Positions 35,897-37,132 of a DNA stretch of 37,132 nt are shown one piece after another. The position numbers and the translations under genes were made by a program. The notes under the pieces are model-generated. The model made no database searches. It had not been told where the DNA came from and worked only from the letters and a program-made list of their open reading frames with translations. How positions within the stretch are numbered: the stretch's first letter is position 1; each line of letters starts with the position of its first letter. Source of the DNA: Calditrichia bacterium (lineage in GTDB: Bacteria; Calditrichota; Calditrichia; RBG-13-44-9); contig JBAPTX010000022.1 of the NCBI GenBank assembly GCA_049282375.1, positions 1 to 37,132 of the forward strand. Direction: 5' to 3'.

Positions 35897-36631
35897 TCAA
35901 TCTCTGTTCAGCAGCAGTGCTTCGGCGGCTTTCAACTGCTCAACATCGTTAATACCGTGAGTTTCATCGGGATGAACTGCCACAACCGCCGCAACTTTCT
36001 CTCCGCGATCCACATAAATTTTAACCACATCCGGTAAATAATATTCTCCCTGACTGTTTTCATTATTGATCTGCGGAAGGGTTTCGAAAAGAGGTTTTGC
36101 TTTAAAAATATAAATTCCCACATTGATTTCTTTTATTTTACGCACCACCTCATCGGCATCTTTATGTTCCACAATGCGCTCCACAAATCCGCCCCGGTTT
36201 CTCAGTATCCTTCCATAACCGGACGGATCATCCAGCTCCGCAGTTAATAAAGAAGCAATCGGCCGTTCTTTCTGATGAATATCCAGTAACTGCTGTAAAG
36301 TGGCAGGACTCAACAGCGGTACGTCTCCGGACAGAACCAGTACATCTCCCTCATACTCTTTAAAAAGCGCTGCCGTCTGCTGAACAGCATGGCCTGTACC
36401 CAACTGCTCTGCCTGCACAATAAACTCCACATTGCGGGATTTCAGCGCTTCCATCACCATTTCTTTTTTATGCCCGATGATGACCACAATACGGCCGGAA
36501 CCAATTGCTTCAGCCACATCGATTACATAGTGAATCATGGGACGTTTATTTATGGGATGGATTACTTTGGGCAAATCCGACTTCATCCGGGTTCCCTGCC
36601 CCGCCGCAAGTATGATGGTTGCCAATTCCAT
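35897..36631 (-). CDS. GlmU-like sugar-1-phosphate nucleotidyltransferase (uridyltransferase domain only; no left-handed beta-helix acetyltransferase domain)
   Basis: 244 aa. ILAAGQGTRMKSDLPKV, QAEQLGTGHAV and VLSGDVPLL match the GlmU N-terminal domain. The ORF stops 35 nt before the rsmB start, leaving no room for an LbH domain. Confidence 0.75.
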   Translation of the reverse strand: MELATIILAAGQGTRMKSDLPKVIHPINKRPMIHYVIDVAEAIGSGRIVVIIGHKKEMVMEALKSRNVEFIVQAEQLGTGHAVQQTAALFKEYEGDVLVLSGDVPLLSPATLQQLLDIHQKERPIASLLTAELDDPSGYGRILRNRGGFVERIVEHKDADEVVRKIKEINVGIYIFKAKPLFETLPQINNENSQGEYYLPDVVKIYVDRGEKVAAVVAVHPDETHGINDVEQLKAAEALLLNRD

Positions 36632-36774
36632 TTTATTCCCTTCCCTTTTTAAATTTGCTTATCCTGCTCTATTAACTTAAAAATAAGTCAGTTATTTATT
36701 GTGAATTCTGCCTGTAAATCGAAATTTATTAAATTGCAGGATGTTTTCTTGCTCTTGCAACAGCCTGAAATTGA

Positions 36775-37132
36775 TTAATTCCGTTTGATTACAATATTAT
36801 CGATCAGCCGGACCTCCCCAATATAAACGGCAAGGGCAATCAGCACTTCGTCCCCCATTTCCGTCAGCGGATCCAGCGAATAGGGATGAACAATGGCGAT
36901 ATAATCGATAACGGCTTCGGGAACGCTGCGGATAAACTGCTCCATTTGCATGCGAATTATTGCCGGGCTGTAAATTCCGTCCTGTACGGAATTGCGCGCC
37001 ATTTGCAGACTATGATAAAGAACCGTGGCTTTTTTTCGCTGGCTATCCGACAAATATTTATTGCGGGAACTCAGCGCGAGTCCATCCGGCTCCCGCACAA
37101 TGGGTCCGGTTTCCAGATGCACATCCATATTC
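36775..37132 (-). CDS. panC: Pantoate--beta-alanine ligase, C-terminal part (5' end lies beyond the right edge)
   Basis: The track ORF begins at an internal Met, and the frame stays open to the window edge. TGPIVREPDGLALSSRNKYLS is the conserved PanC motif. Confidence 0.85.
   Translation of the reverse strand, partial: NMDVHLETGPIVREPDGLALSSRNKYLSDSQRKKATVLYHSLQMARNSVQDGIYSPAIIRMQMEQFIRSVPEAVIDYIAIVHPYSLDPLTEMGDEVLIALAVYIGEVRLIDNIVIKRN

Noticed and set aside
1-37132. Scan for CRISPR arrays, tRNA/rRNA/tmRNA genes, integrases, transposases, toxin-antitoxin pairs or island boundaries around the pilus operon
   Set aside because: I saw no regularly spaced direct repeats, T-arm-like GGTTCGAnTCC motifs in intergenic DNA, recombinase-like ORFs or flanking direct repeats. 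The pilus operon is bounded by housekeeping genes (GNAT/SPT side and rluA/rsmB side), so there is no evidence for a mobile island. This was a by-eye scan only, so tRNAscan/Infernal would be more reliable.

Overview
37.1-kb bacterial chromosomal segment with about 34 protein-coding genes, mostly on the minus strand. By eye I found no rRNA, tRNA, CRISPR array, integrase or transposase. Left part: a partial family-5 ABC substrate-binding gene, SpoIID/LytB, prfB with the canonical +1 programmed frameshift (the ORF track shows only the post-shift part), a two-gene secreted-protein operon (580-aa protein with four internal repeats, plus DUF4097) and hsp20. Next comes a long minus-strand envelope/glycan block: DUF72, an ArnT/PMT-like membrane glycosyltransferase, GT4, a CE4-like deacetylase, a secreted hypothetical, bshC, a PEGA protein and an SDR epimerase/reductase. 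Middle: metF, then a serine-palmitoyltransferase-like alpha-oxoamine synthase tightly followed by a large GNAT acyltransferase, a candidate sphingoid-lipid module. Right part: an 11.8-kb, 12-gene minus-strand type IV filament operon (ATPase, prepilin peptidase, platform, pilin, three minor pilins, PilM-PilN fusion, PilO, PilP/GspC-like, short secretin, PilT). It mixes T4aP and T2SS traits, and its extension ATPase carries a complete C-terminal CheY-like receiver domain. This is the most unusual feature I can support. The window ends with an RluA-family pseudouridine synthase, rsmB, a GlmU-like uridyltransferase lacking the acetyltransferase half, and partial panC. Gene content (bshC, SPT-like enzyme, PEGA, TTG/GTG starts) weakly suggests an FCB-group-like organism such as Calditrichota or Ignavibacteria; this is inference only. 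All functional calls rest on motifs recognised by eye in the translations. No database search was run.
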